NCBI GenBank assembly: GCA_903930225.1
Contig: CAIYXV010000017.1
Coordinates: 1-52,246 of the forward strand
Reading direction: 5' to 3'
Origin: an uncultured bacterium
GTDB taxonomy: Bacteria; Margulisbacteria; WOR-1; XYC2-FULL-46-14; WPAF01
DNA: 52,246 bases
Shown piece by piece: positions 27,917 to 37,164 of the stretch. Under the pieces are notes generated by a model. The model did no database searches, had not been told where the DNA came from, and saw nothing but the letters and a program-made list of their open reading frames with translations. Position 1 is the first letter of the stretch. Each line of letters begins with the position of its first letter. Both the position numbers and the translations under genes were made by a program.

Positions 27917-28767
27917 AGATCATTGAGCAAGAGCCTTTAAGCAAACATACCACTTTCAGGATCGGCGGCCCGGCAAGGTATTTTTGCTCCCCCAGAAACA
28001 TCTCCGAACTGAAAAAGGCCCTGCAATTCGCAAAAGAAAGCAAGTTAAATGTATTCATCATCGGCGCCGGATCCAACCTTCTGGCGGCTGATCGGGGTTA
28101 TCGCGGACTGGTGATCCATCCAAAGCTGGCGAATATTGAGCTGAAAAAGACCGGGGTGACAGCGGAAGCGGGAGTTCCGATCCAACATTTGCTTGCAACT
28201 CTGGCGGAAAACGGGTTGACCGGATTGGAATTTATAACCGGTATCCCGGGCGCGGTCGGCGGATCAGTCGCGATGAACGCCGGAATGGGGAATGAGGAAA
28301 TAGGAGAGAAGGTAGTTAGGGTTTGGGCCTTAAATAAAGAGGGCAAAGAAAAAATAATACTGAAAAAACGTTGCGGATTCGGCTACCGCAAAAGTATTTT
28401 CCAGAAGCAAAAATTGATCATATCAAAGGTTGAGTTTAAACTTAAAAAAGGCAAAACACCGGAAATAAGATCGCGGATCAGGGAGCGTTGGGAAAGGCGT
28501 CTGGCTTCCCAGCCGTATGATCTTCCGTCTGCCGGATCGGTATTCCGCAACCCCGGGCGTGATTTCGCGGGTAGGCTGATCGAGGCGGCCGGGCTGAAAG
28601 GCAAAAAGATCGGCGGCGCGCAAATATCCAGAAAGCACGCGAATTTCATCGTTAATTTGGGGCGGGCCAAAGCCCGCGACGTTTTAAGCTTGATGAGAAC
28701 GGCAAAAAAAACGGTCCGAAAAAAGTTTGCGGTCGGCCTACGGCCCGAGATCGTGGAACTGCGCTAA
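27913..28767 (+). CDS. murB: UDP-N-acetylenolpyruvoylglucosamine reductase
   Basis: TTFRIGGPARYF, IIGAGSNLL, GSVFRNP. Confidence 0.9.
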   Translation: MKIIEQEPLSKHTTFRIGGPARYFCSPRNISELKKALQFAKESKLNVFIIGAGSNLLAADRGYRGLVIHPKLANIELKKTGVTAEAGVPIQHLLATLAENGLTGLEFITGIPGAVGGSVAMNAGMGNEEIGEKVVRVWALNKEGKEKIILKKRCGFGYRKSIFQKQKLIISKVEFKLKKGKTPEIRSRIRERWERRLASQPYDLPSAGSVFRNPGRDFAGRLIEAAGLKGKKIGGAQISRKHANFIVNLGRAKARDVLSLMRTAKKTVRKKFAVGLRPEIVELR

Positions 28768-28774
28768 AAAATCA

Positions 28775-28803
28775 TTGAGCGGACAGCCGATACATGATAA
28801 AAT
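28775..28803 (+). promoter_or_regulatory. sigma70-like promoter for split transketolase, possibly leaderless
   Basis: TTGAGC (28775-28780), 17-nt spacer, TAAAAT (28798-28803), with an extended -10 TGa at 28795-28797. The GTG start at 28810 lies only 6 nt downstream, with no SD. Confidence 0.4.
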
Positions 28804-28809
28804 CAGTCC

Positions 28810-29649
28810 GTGATCTCTCGCGAAAAAATCAAAGAACTGGAAGCGATAGCGCTTAAAATACGCAGGCATATCATTTTGATGACCTGCGCGGCCGCTTCCG
28901 GCCATCCCGGAGGGTCGCTTTCCGCCGCCGATATCGTTACCGCCCTGTATTTTTATAAACTTAAACACAAACCGCAGGACCCTACCTGGCCGGACCGCGA
29001 CCGCTTTGTGATGTCGAAGGGCCACGCCGCGCCGGTGCTGTACGCGGCACTGGCCGAGGCCGGATATTTCCCGGTTTCTTATCTTAAAACATTAAGACAG
29101 CTGGGCAGTTCCCTGCAGGGCCATATCGACATGCTCTCTTTGCCGGGAATAGAAATGTCTACCGGCTCGCTCGGCCAGGGATTGTCGGCCGCAAACGGCA
29201 TGGCGCTCGCCTGCCGGCTCGATAAAATGTCCTGCCGCGTGATCTGCCTGCTCGGGGACGGGGAATGCCAGGAAGGGCAGGTCTGGGAAGCGGCCATGAC
29301 CGCCGGCCATCACAAGCTCGACAACCTGACCGCGATCATAGACCGTAACAAATACCAGATCGACGGAAAAGTGGAGGATATCAAAGGGATCGAACCGCTG
29401 GCCGATAAATTCAAGGCGTTCAACTGGCAGGTGCTGTTCTGCGACGGCCACGATATGAGCTCGATCATTTCAGCTTTGGAAAACGCGGAAAAGGTCAAGG
29501 GCAAACCGGCGGTCATCATCGCGGATACGATAAAAGGCAAAGGCGTAAAATTCATGGAAGACAATCCTCTTGATTACCACGGCAAGGCGCCGACCAGGGA
29601 GGAAGAAACACTGGCGCTTGAATGCCTTCGGGAAAAGGAAAGCAAATGA
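28810..29649 (+). CDS. transketolase, N-terminal (TPP-binding) subunit
   Basis: SGHPGGSLS, GSLGQGL, GDGECQEGQVWEA. Split-gene form. Confidence 0.9.
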   Translation: MISREKIKELEAIALKIRRHIILMTCAAASGHPGGSLSAADIVTALYFYKLKHKPQDPTWPDRDRFVMSKGHAAPVLYAALAEAGYFPVSYLKTLRQLGSSLQGHIDMLSLPGIEMSTGSLGQGLSAANGMALACRLDKMSCRVICLLGDGECQEGQVWEAAMTAGHHKLDNLTAIIDRNKYQIDGKVEDIKGIEPLADKFKAFNWQVLFCDGHDMSSIISALENAEKVKGKPAVIIADTIKGKGVKFMEDNPLDYHGKAPTREEETLALECLREKESK

Positions 29650-30617
29650 ACGAAACCATGCCTGCCGGCAGGCAGGATAAAAAAGCGGCAACCCGGGACG
29701 CTTACGGCAAAACCCTGCTTGAGCTCGGCCGGGAGAACAAGGATATCGTCGTCCTGGACGCCGATCTCTCCGCTTCGACCAAGACTATCCTGTTCGCGAA
29801 AGAATTCCCGGACCGTTTTTTTGACATGGGCGTGGCCGAGCAGGACATGATCTCAACCGCCGCCGGCCTGGCCGCCTGCGGGAAGATCGCCTTCGCTTCC
29901 ACTTTCGCGGTATTCGGTTCCGGACGGGCCTGGGAACAGGTCCGGATCTCCGTGGCCTATACCCGTCTAAATGTAAAGATCGTTGTAACCCATGCCGGCA
30001 TCACCACCGGCGAGGATGGAGCTTCACACCAGGCGAACGAGGACCTGGCGATCATGAGAGTGATCCCGAACCTGACGGTGATCGTTCCTTCGGACGCGAT
30101 CGAGGCCGAAAAAGCGATCAGAGCGATCGCCGCCTTTCATGGTCCGGTTTATGTAAGGCTTTCACGGCTGGCGACCCCGATCATCAATGACAACAAAGAT
30201 TATAATTTCCAGATCGGGCGGGGGATCATCATGCGGGAGGGCAGTGACGCCACCATTGTCGCCTGCGGATTGATGGTGTCAATGGCGCTGGACGCGGCGG
30301 AAATGCTGCAAAAGGAAGGGGTATCGGTCAGGGTGGTCGATCTTCATACCCTGAAGCCGTTCGATAAAGAGTTGATCATCAGGTGCGCGCGGGAGACGGG
30401 CGCGATCGTGACCGCGGAAGAGCACAGCATCATTGGAGGACTAGGGGGCGCGGTCGCGGAAGTGCTCATGGAAAACCACCCGGTGCCGATGGCGCGGGTC
30501 GGGATAAAGGACATGTTCGGCGAGTCCGGCAAGCCGGAAGAACTTCTGGTCAAGTACGGTCTGACCCCGGAAGAGATCGCGCACGCGGCCCGGTCGGTCA
30601 TCGCAAGGAAAAAATGA
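29646..30617 (+). CDS. transketolase, C-terminal (pyrimidine-binding) subunit
   Basis: The start at 29646 forms an ATGA overlap with the upstream gene. Motifs: [18 protein letters not shown]. Confidence 0.9.
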   Translation: MNETMPAGRQDKKAATRDAYGKTLLELGRENKDIVVLDADLSASTKTILFAKEFPDRFFDMGVAEQDMISTAAGLAACGKIAFASTFAVFGSGRAWEQVRISVAYTRLNVKIVVTHAGITTGEDGASHQANEDLAIMRVIPNLTVIVPSDAIEAEKAIRAIAAFHGPVYVRLSRLATPIINDNKDYNFQIGRGIIMREGSDATIVACGLMVSMALDAAEMLQKEGVSVRVVDLHTLKPFDKELIIRCARETGAIVTAEEHSIIGGLGGAVAEVLMENHPVPMARVGIKDMFGESGKPEELLVKYGLTPEEIAHAARSVIARKK

Positions 30618-31060
30618 GCGCCCAAAGACCTTCGTGGAACGAATATTTCATGCGCATCACCAATGATGTCGCGGAGCGGGCGATCTGCGTTAAGCGCAAG
30701 GTCGGCGCGGCGATCGTCAAGGACAACCACATTCTTTCCACCGGTTACAACGGAGCTCCTAAGGGATTTTCCCACTGCACCGAGGACACCTGCATCCGAA
30801 AACAGATGAGCGTTCCTTCCGGACAGAGGCATGAGCTGTGCCGCGGCCTGCACGCGGAGCAGAACGCGATCATCCAGGCCGCCGTGCAAGGGGTCAAGAT
30901 CGAAGGCGCGACTTTATATTGCACTTATCAACCCTGCGTGATCTGTGTTAAAATGATGATCAACGCGGGGATAAAAAAGCTGGTTTACGCGGGCGGCTAT
31001 CCGGATGACCTGGCCGCGGAAATGCTGAAAGAAAGCAATATAGAGGTGGTAAAGTTATGA
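30614..31060 (+). CDS. dCMP deaminase (ComEB-type)
   Basis: The start at 30614 forms an ATGA overlap with the upstream gene. SWNEYFM, HAEQNAI and PCVICVKMM are the zinc-binding motifs. Confidence 0.85.
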   Translation: MSAQRPSWNEYFMRITNDVAERAICVKRKVGAAIVKDNHILSTGYNGAPKGFSHCTEDTCIRKQMSVPSGQRHELCRGLHAEQNAIIQAAVQGVKIEGATLYCTYQPCVICVKMMINAGIKKLVYAGGYPDDLAAEMLKESNIEVVKL

Positions 31061-31920
31061 AAGTCGGTTATCTCGGTCCGGAAGGCACCTTTTCCGAAGA
31101 TGCGGGCAAGCTTTACCGCGGCATGATCAAGGCCAATTTCGAACTGGTCCCGTATCCCACGTTCCATGACGTTATTCTCGCGGTCGAGAAAAAAGCGATC
31201 GATGAAGCGCTGGTCCCGATAGAAAATTCGATCGAAGGCACGATCAGCACCGTGACCGACATGCTAGCCAGGGACGTTGACCTGAAAATAAACCGGGAGC
31301 TGGTAATGCCGGTCTATAATTACCTGCTGGCGCAAAAAGGGATCCACATCAGCGAGATAACGGATGTGATCTCCCATCCCCAGCCGATCGAACAGTGCAA
31401 GGATTTTCTGCGCCGCCGTCTAACTTAGGCCAAGCTCCATCTTGCTTATTCGACCTCGGACGCGGCCCGCCAGGTAGCAATGTCGCTGGGGGAAAAGATC
31501 ATCTCCCACGGCAAGGTGAAAGGCCCGGTCTTTGCCGCGATCGGACCGCTTTCCATGGCCCGGCTATACGGCTTGTCGGTGATCGCCAAGAAGATCAATG
31601 CCAAGGACAACCAGACCCGGTTCGTGGTCCTGTCCCGGACCGACCATAAGCGGACCGGCGACGACAAGACCTCGATCGTTTTCTCGATCGCCAAGGACCG
31701 CCCGGGAGGACTGTACGGCATCCTTTTTGAATTCGCCAACCGGGGCATCAACTTAAGCAAGATCGAATCCCGACCGAGCAAGAAGGCGCTCGGCGATTAT
31801 TACTTTTTTGTCGACTTAAAGGGCCACCGCGACGACCGGATCGTAAAAGATGCGCTGGCGAACGTTAAAAAGAGGGCCGCCTTTTTCAAATTCCTGGGTT
31901 CGTATCCAAGATTTAAATAA
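31057..31920 (+). pseudogene. pheA: prephenate dehydratase interrupted by a single in-frame TAG (31426-31428)
   Basis: The two listed ORFs (31057..31428 and 31480..31920) share one reading frame. Across the junction the sequence reads ...CKDFLRRRLT*AKLHLAYSTSDAARQVAMSLGE.... The PDT domain is followed by an ACT domain (TSIVFSIAKDRPGGL...ESRPSKK..YYFFVD). Confidence 0.75.
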
Positions 31921-31935
31921 AATAAGGAGAGATAT

Positions 31936-32205
31936 ATGACAGTAGACCTGAACCTGATCCTGCAGTTCTGCCTGATATTGCTGATCCTGGCGCTGACGGT
32001 CGGAGCCGTGATATTTATTTTGATACTGATCGATCTCAAACAGATCACCAAGCGGGTCAACCGCGAGATCAAGGCGGTCACGTTTATTGTCGACATGCTC
32101 GACCTTATCGTTTCCGGAATGCACATGGCAAAGAAGAAATTCAGCGATTCCAACATCGGCCGCACCATAAAAAAGTCGTTAAAAATCACAAAAGAGGAGG
32201 AATAA
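31936..32205 (+). CDS. DUF948-like single-pass membrane protein
   Basis: Has an N-terminal TM helix followed by a charged helical region, with SD aaggagag upstream. The family call is tentative. Confidence 0.45.
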   Translation: MTVDLNLILQFCLILLILALTVGAVIFILILIDLKQITKRVNREIKAVTFIVDMLDLIVSGMHMAKKKFSDSNIGRTIKKSLKITKEEE

Positions 32206-32378
32206 TGATGGGCAAACTGGCAAAGACCCTTACATTGGGCGCGATCTTCGGTTTTATCGCGGGGCTTCTGTTCGCTCCGAAAAAGGGCGAGGAATCTCGC
32301 AAGACGGTCGGAGAAGTGATCGAAAAAGGCAAAGAAAAAATAAACGAGATCAAAGGTTCTTTTAAAAAGGAAGAGTAA
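32205..32378 (+). CDS. YtxH-like small membrane protein (57 aa; not in the supplied ORF track)
   Basis: The translation is MMGKLAKTLTLGAIFGFIAGLLFAPKKGEESRKTVGEVIEKGKEKINEIKGSFKKEE. The GxxxGxxxGLLFAPKxGxExR pattern is typical of YtxH. SD aagaggagg lies at 32192-32200 (aagaggagg), and an alternative ATG is at 32208. Confidence 0.55.
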   Translation: MMGKLAKTLTLGAIFGFIAGLLFAPKKGEESRKTVGEVIEKGKEKINEIKGSFKKEE

Positions 32379-32391
32379 GCGCATTTCCGTA

Positions 32392-34284
32392 ATGAAACAC
32401 ACGCTTTTGTGCGCGCTTTCCGTTTCCCTGATCATTTTTTCCTGTGCTTACGCCGACGGGACCAAGGTCGCCAACGATCCCACCCGCATCAGCGTCGGCG
32501 CTAGGGTCCTGGGCATGGGAAAATCATTCATGGGCATGGCTGATGACATCGGCTCCATATTCACCAATCCGGCCGGCCTGGCAGAGCTGAATAATCCGCA
32601 GATGACCTCCATGTCGGGCAAATTCATCAATGAGGTAAATTATCTCAATGTCGGCGGGGCGTATCCGACCTTTCTGGGTACGCTCGGGATCGGATACATA
32701 AGCTCTGATATCGCTTTTACCAGCCCGTCCGCCACAACCGAAGTATTAGATGGGGTCAGGATCATACCTTCTTCGACCGAAGGCTCCAGCTATTCGTATA
32801 AGAACAGCGCCCTGTTATTATCATTCGGCTCACCGTTGAGCTCGCTGCCATTCGATATTTTTAAAAAAGCCGATTTCGGCGGTACGGTCAAACTATTCTT
32901 CCAAAACCTGGGAGGACCGGGCATCAACGGAGGGACCGCATCGGGGTACGATATAGACCTGGGCGTAAGGTATAAACTCAATCCCGCGATCGGCTTAGGC
33001 GCGGTGGTCCAGAATGTCATTCCGTTCTCGCTGGGAGGAAAGATCCATTGGGCCAGCGGGGCGGAGGAATCCCTGCCATCGGTCCTGAAGGTCGGCATGA
33101 GTGTAAAAGTGTTGGGCGAGAACGGACTGGCCAGGTTAAAGGACAGCCAGCTTACCTTTAACCTTGACGGAGATTTTACACCCTTGCGGTCGAATATTCC
33201 GTCGCTTTTGCATACCGGGGTTGAATGGCTGCCGATCGATCTGCTCGCTTTGCGGGCGGGCATCGACCAGGATGTCATCGGTACTGGCGGGGGAGGGCTT
33301 GATGTCGCCAACAACGTAACGCTTGGCGTGGGGGTGCTGTTCAACGATTTCCGGTTCGATTACGCTTATCACCAGTATTATTCGATACCCGAAAACGATA
33401 CCAATTATTTTTCTATTTCCTATGGCATGTCAAACAAAAAACCGGTCCCGCCATTGATCAAATATCTCGATCTCGGTTTTCCCCAGGACCGGACCGTTGT
33501 TCATGCAGACCGGATAAAGGTAAGCGGATCGGCGCTCAGGCCGGAAGTAAAGCAGATCAGCATCGGAGCTTATACCGTGAACGTGAACGGAAGTTCGTTT
33601 GAAGCCGAGCTCCCGCTCACACTCGGAAAGAACAGCATTCTCGTTACCGCGCTGGACTCAAACGGCGCGGCCCTCGAATCCCAGAAGATCAGAATCTTAT
33701 GTTTGACATCTTTCAGCGATGTGACCGATGCCTACTGGGCTCAGGGACCGGTGCTTACCCTGGCGACCCTGGGAATAATTTCAGGATACGCCGACCAGAG
33801 CTTCAAGCCGGACAAGACGATCAACCGCGCGGAGATGATAACCCTGCTGGTCAGGGTATCCGGCGTAACGACCGAAGGAGTGGCTCTCAAGCTTCCTTTC
33901 AAGGATGTTTCAAAAAAGTTCTGGGCGGCTAAATATATTGGGACAGGCATCAAGCTCGGCTTTATGACCGGCTATCCGGATAAAACCTTCAAACCGTTAA
34001 GATCGATCATACGCGCTGAAGGGGTTGTGACCCTGGCCAGGTTCTCGGGCCTGGATCTGACCCAGCCGGTGCCGGCGCCGGTGTTCGCGGACGTGCCCGG
34101 AAGACACTGGGCGGCAAAAGCGGTCAATGCCGCCAATTCCGCCGGGATGCTGAAATATTTGTCCGGACAGCGTTTTGAACCGAACCGACAGCTGACCCGG
34201 GGCGAAGTGGCGGAGATGCTGTCGAAATCGGATATTGTTTCCCAGAAAGTAGCCGAGCTTTTAGACTGGGAGAAAGGCTACTGA
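32392..34284 (+). CDS. PorV/FadL-like outer-membrane barrel fused to an Ig-like linker and three C-terminal SLH domains (paralog B)
   Basis: Has a signal peptide. The barrel opens with ISVGARVLGMGKSFMGMADDIGSIFTNPAGLA and ends FRFDYAYHQYY..NYFSISYG. Three SLH-like units occupy about nt 33709 to the end (FSDVTDAYWA..., FKDVSKKFWAAKYI..., FADVPGRHWAAKAV...). Confidence 0.7.
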   Translation: MKHTLLCALSVSLIIFSCAYADGTKVANDPTRISVGARVLGMGKSFMGMADDIGSIFTNPAGLAELNNPQMTSMSGKFINEVNYLNVGGAYPTFLGTLGIGYISSDIAFTSPSATTEVLDGVRIIPSSTEGSSYSYKNSALLLSFGSPLSSLPFDIFKKADFGGTVKLFFQNLGGPGINGGTASGYDIDLGVRYKLNPAIGLGAVVQNVIPFSLGGKIHWASGAEESLPSVLKVGMSVKVLGENGLARLKDSQLTFNLDGDFTPLRSNIPSLLHTGVEWLPIDLLALRAGIDQDVIGTGGGGLDVANNVTLGVGVLFNDFRFDYAYHQYYSIPENDTNYFSISYGMSNKKPVPPLIKYLDLGFPQDRTVVHADRIKVSGSALRPEVKQISIGAYTVNVNGSSFEAELPLTLGKNSILVTALDSNGAALESQKIRILCLTSFSDVTDAYWAQGPVLTLATLGIISGYADQSFKPDKTINRAEMITLLVRVSGVTTEGVALKLPFKDVSKKFWAAKYIGTGIKLGFMTGYPDKTFKPLRSIIRAEGVVTLARFSGLDLTQPVPAPVFADVPGRHWAAKAVNAANSAGMLKYLSGQRFEPNRQLTRGEVAEMLSKSDIVSQKVAELLDWEKGY

Positions 34285-34287
34285 TGA

Positions 34288-35880
34288 ATGAAAGAAGAAA
34301 TAAAAAAGCTTGTTGAATCGACCGTAGCGGACGTATATGGGCAAACCGTGCGCTCCGTTACCGGCGCTCCTAACCCTAAATACGGCGATTTTTCTAGCAA
34401 CGCCGCGCTCCTGCTCGATCCTGTAATAAACGAACCGTTGTTTGAGATCGCCTCGAAGCTCGCGGCCGCGATATTCGTCCGGGACGCCGGCCGCACGTTC
34501 AAAAAGGTTGAGGCGACCCGGACCGGGTTCATTAATTTCCGGCTTGATGAAAGTTATCTCCAGCGTCAGGTGGCGTTGATCAGGGAAGAAAAGGACCGCT
34601 ATGGAAGAAAGAAAGAAAAGAACGGCAAAAGGGTATTGATCGAATTCGTGTCCGCCAATCCCACCGGGCCGCTTCATATCGGCCACGGCCGCTGGGCGGT
34701 GATCGGCGACGATATCGCAAGCTTACTGGAAGCTTCCGGTTATGAGGTAGAACGAGAATTCTATATAAACGACGTCGGCAACCAGATCGAGAAACTTATA
34801 AATTCAGTTAAAGCCCGGGCGGAGGGCGGGGAGGTCCCGGAGGGGGGATACAGCGGAGCGTATATTCAGGACCTGGCGGATGAGCTCAAGGCCGATATTT
34901 CAAAACCTGAATTCAGAAACATCCTGATCGGCACCATCCTTGAATGGCAGAAAAGGGTGCTGCGCGAACTGAGCATCGAGTTCGACCGTTTCTTTTCCGA
35001 AAGGACCCTTCACGAAAAAGGCAAGGTAGCGGAAACCATCGAAAAGATGAAAAAGACCGGCCACACTTTCGTTGAGGACGGCGCCTTGTGGTTCAAGTCC
35101 CAGGATCACGGAGACGACAAGAACCGCGTCCTGGTCAGGGAGAACGGGGAGCCGACCTATTTTACCGCCGACATCGCTTACCACCTTGATAAATTCAGCC
35201 GCGGCTACGATCAGCTGATCGACGTCTGGGGAGCCGATCATCACGGTTATGTCCCGAGATTAAAAGCCGCGCTTAAAGTCCTGGGCCTGCCCGTCGACCA
35301 CTTCGAAGTAATAATCGGCCAACTGGTCTCGCTTTTCCGCGGATCGGAGCCGGTCAAGATGTCAAAAAGGACCGGCGACATGATCACGCTAGAGGAAGTG
35401 GTGCAGGAGATCGGAAAGGACGCCACCCGTTTTTTCCTGACCATGGTCTCTTCGCAAAACCGGCTTGAATTCGACCTTGAGCTGGCCAAGAAGCACGCGT
35501 CCGACAATCCGGTGTATTACGTGCAGTACGCCCACGCGCGGATCTGCAGTATTTTCAGGGAAGCGGAAGAGAGAGGGGTAGAATTTAACGGGAACTGCGA
35601 CCTTTCAAAGCTTATCCATCCGGCCGAAAGAGATTTAATGAGGAAGCTGATCGATCTGGGGGATGAGATCGTTTCCGCCGCCGAGAAAAGAACGCCGCAC
35701 CAGATGGTCGAGTACGCAAAAAGCCTGGCCGCGATCTATCATAATTATTATCATAAATGCCGGGTCATATCGGACGACATCGACCTGACCCGGGCGCGCC
35801 TGGCGCTGGCCGACGCCACTCGAACTATCCTAAAAAATGTGCTAATATTGCTTAAGGTTGAAGCGCCGGAGAGGATGTAG
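34288..35880 (+). CDS. argS: arginine--tRNA ligase
   Basis: Class I motifs NPTGPLHIGHGR (HIGH) and KMSKRTG, plus a DALR-type anticodon-binding C-terminus. Confidence 0.95.
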   Translation: MKEEIKKLVESTVADVYGQTVRSVTGAPNPKYGDFSSNAALLLDPVINEPLFEIASKLAAAIFVRDAGRTFKKVEATRTGFINFRLDESYLQRQVALIREEKDRYGRKKEKNGKRVLIEFVSANPTGPLHIGHGRWAVIGDDIASLLEASGYEVEREFYINDVGNQIEKLINSVKARAEGGEVPEGGYSGAYIQDLADELKADISKPEFRNILIGTILEWQKRVLRELSIEFDRFFSERTLHEKGKVAETIEKMKKTGHTFVEDGALWFKSQDHGDDKNRVLVRENGEPTYFTADIAYHLDKFSRGYDQLIDVWGADHHGYVPRLKAALKVLGLPVDHFEVIIGQLVSLFRGSEPVKMSKRTGDMITLEEVVQEIGKDATRFFLTMVSSQNRLEFDLELAKKHASDNPVYYVQYAHARICSIFREAEERGVEFNGNCDLSKLIHPAERDLMRKLIDLGDEIVSAAEKRTPHQMVEYAKSLAAIYHNYYHKCRVISDDIDLTRARLALADATRTILKNVLILLKVEAPERM

Positions 35881-35886
35881 AATTTT

Positions 35887-36801
35887 ATGAAATACGCTTA
35901 TTTTAAAGGAAAGATCGTCCCGTTCAAGGAAGCCAACATATCGATCATGAACCACGCCTTCAATTACGGCACCGGCGTTTTCGAAGGCATCCGCGGCTAC
36001 TGGAACCAGGATAAAAAGCAGATGTTCGTCGTCAAGCTTAAGGATCATTTTGACCGGCTGCAAAGGTCCGCTTCGCTCGCCCTCAAATCGTCGCTCAGGC
36101 AAACCAGCGATGAACTAGCCGACATCACCGTGGAACTTTTAAAAAAGAACGGCTACCGGGAGGATGTTTATATCCGTCCGATATTTTATAAATCGGAAGA
36201 GAAGATTGGGCTGGGATTGCTGGGCATCAAGGATGATTTCTGCATGTACGTGTCTCCGTTCGGCGAATACCTTAATATTTCAAAGGGCATAAAAGTCTGC
36301 GTGTCTTCCTGGTGGAGGATCTCGGCGCAGTCCGTGCCGCAGGGAGCCAAGATCACCGGCACTTACATCAATTCTTCGCTGGCCAAGGCCGAAGCGCTGG
36401 AAAGAGGCTTTGATGAAGCCATTCTTTTGTCCCATGAAAGGACCGTGGCCGAAGGATCGGGCGAGAACCTTTTTATAATCAAGGACGGTAAATTATTGAC
36501 CCCGCCGCTTTCGGAAACTATCCTGCCGGGCATAACCCGGGTATGCGTGATGGATCTGGCCGGCCAGGAACTGGGCATAAAAACCACTGAACGCCAGGTC
36601 GCGCAAAATGAGCTCTACTCCGCCGACGAATTATTCTTCTGCGGCACCGGAGCGCAGATCACGCCGATCGTCAACGTGGACAATACCGACATTAAAGACG
36701 GAAAGGTCGGCCCGATCACCAAAAAGCTCCAGGAAATATACTTTAGCGCCGTCCACGGGGAAACCGCCAGATACTCCGATTGGCTTACGCCCGTTTACTG
36801 A
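35887..36801 (+). CDS. ilvE: branched-chain amino acid aminotransferase (class IV)
   Basis: FEGIRGY, the KITGTYINS region, and GSGENLF. Confidence 0.9.
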   Translation: MKYAYFKGKIVPFKEANISIMNHAFNYGTGVFEGIRGYWNQDKKQMFVVKLKDHFDRLQRSASLALKSSLRQTSDELADITVELLKKNGYREDVYIRPIFYKSEEKIGLGLLGIKDDFCMYVSPFGEYLNISKGIKVCVSSWWRISAQSVPQGAKITGTYINSSLAKAEALERGFDEAILLSHERTVAEGSGENLFIIKDGKLLTPPLSETILPGITRVCVMDLAGQELGIKTTERQVAQNELYSADELFFCGTGAQITPIVNVDNTDIKDGKVGPITKKLQEIYFSAVHGETARYSDWLTPVY

Positions 36802-37151
36802 TGATCTCCGGGATCGGTGTGGATATCATTGAGATCGACCGGGTCAAGGCCGCGGTAAAAGCCCATGGAAAGAAATTTTTAAACCGCATTTTCACCGAGC
36901 GCGAGCTTGAATACTGCACCAACCGCAGGGTGTACCGCTTCCCCGAGCTGGCGGCGCGCTTTGCCGCCAAAGAAGCGTATTCCAAGGCGATCGGCACCGG
37001 CATCGTCGGCATCAAGTTCCGGGAGATCGAAGTAATAAATGACCGGAGCGGCCGGCCGCGGATCTATGTCCTCGGCAAAGTGCTGAAGAAAGTGCATCTT
37101 TCCCTTTCTCATTCCAAAAATTATGCGGTGGCATCGGTTGTGGCAGAGTGA
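36801..37151 (+). CDS. acpS: holo-[acyl-carrier-protein] synthase
   Basis: The start at 36801 gives MISGIGVDIIEIDRV. FAAKEAYSKA and SLSHS are also present. Confidence 0.9.
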   Translation: MISGIGVDIIEIDRVKAAVKAHGKKFLNRIFTERELEYCTNRRVYRFPELAARFAAKEAYSKAIGTGIVGIKFREIEVINDRSGRPRIYVLGKVLKKVHLSLSHSKNYAVASVVAE

Positions 37152-37164
37152 TATCATTACTGGC

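Noticed and set aside
31426-31428. Genome-wide reassignment of TAG (for example to an amino acid) as the explanation for the interrupted pheA
   Set aside because: TAG terminates at least four other genes in this window at positions matching normal protein C-termini. No pyl or suppressor machinery is visible.
31800-32435. 211-aa ORF on the minus strand
   Set aside because: It overlaps the DUF948-like and YtxH-like genes, which have SD sequences and family-like patterns. The antisense translation has no features.
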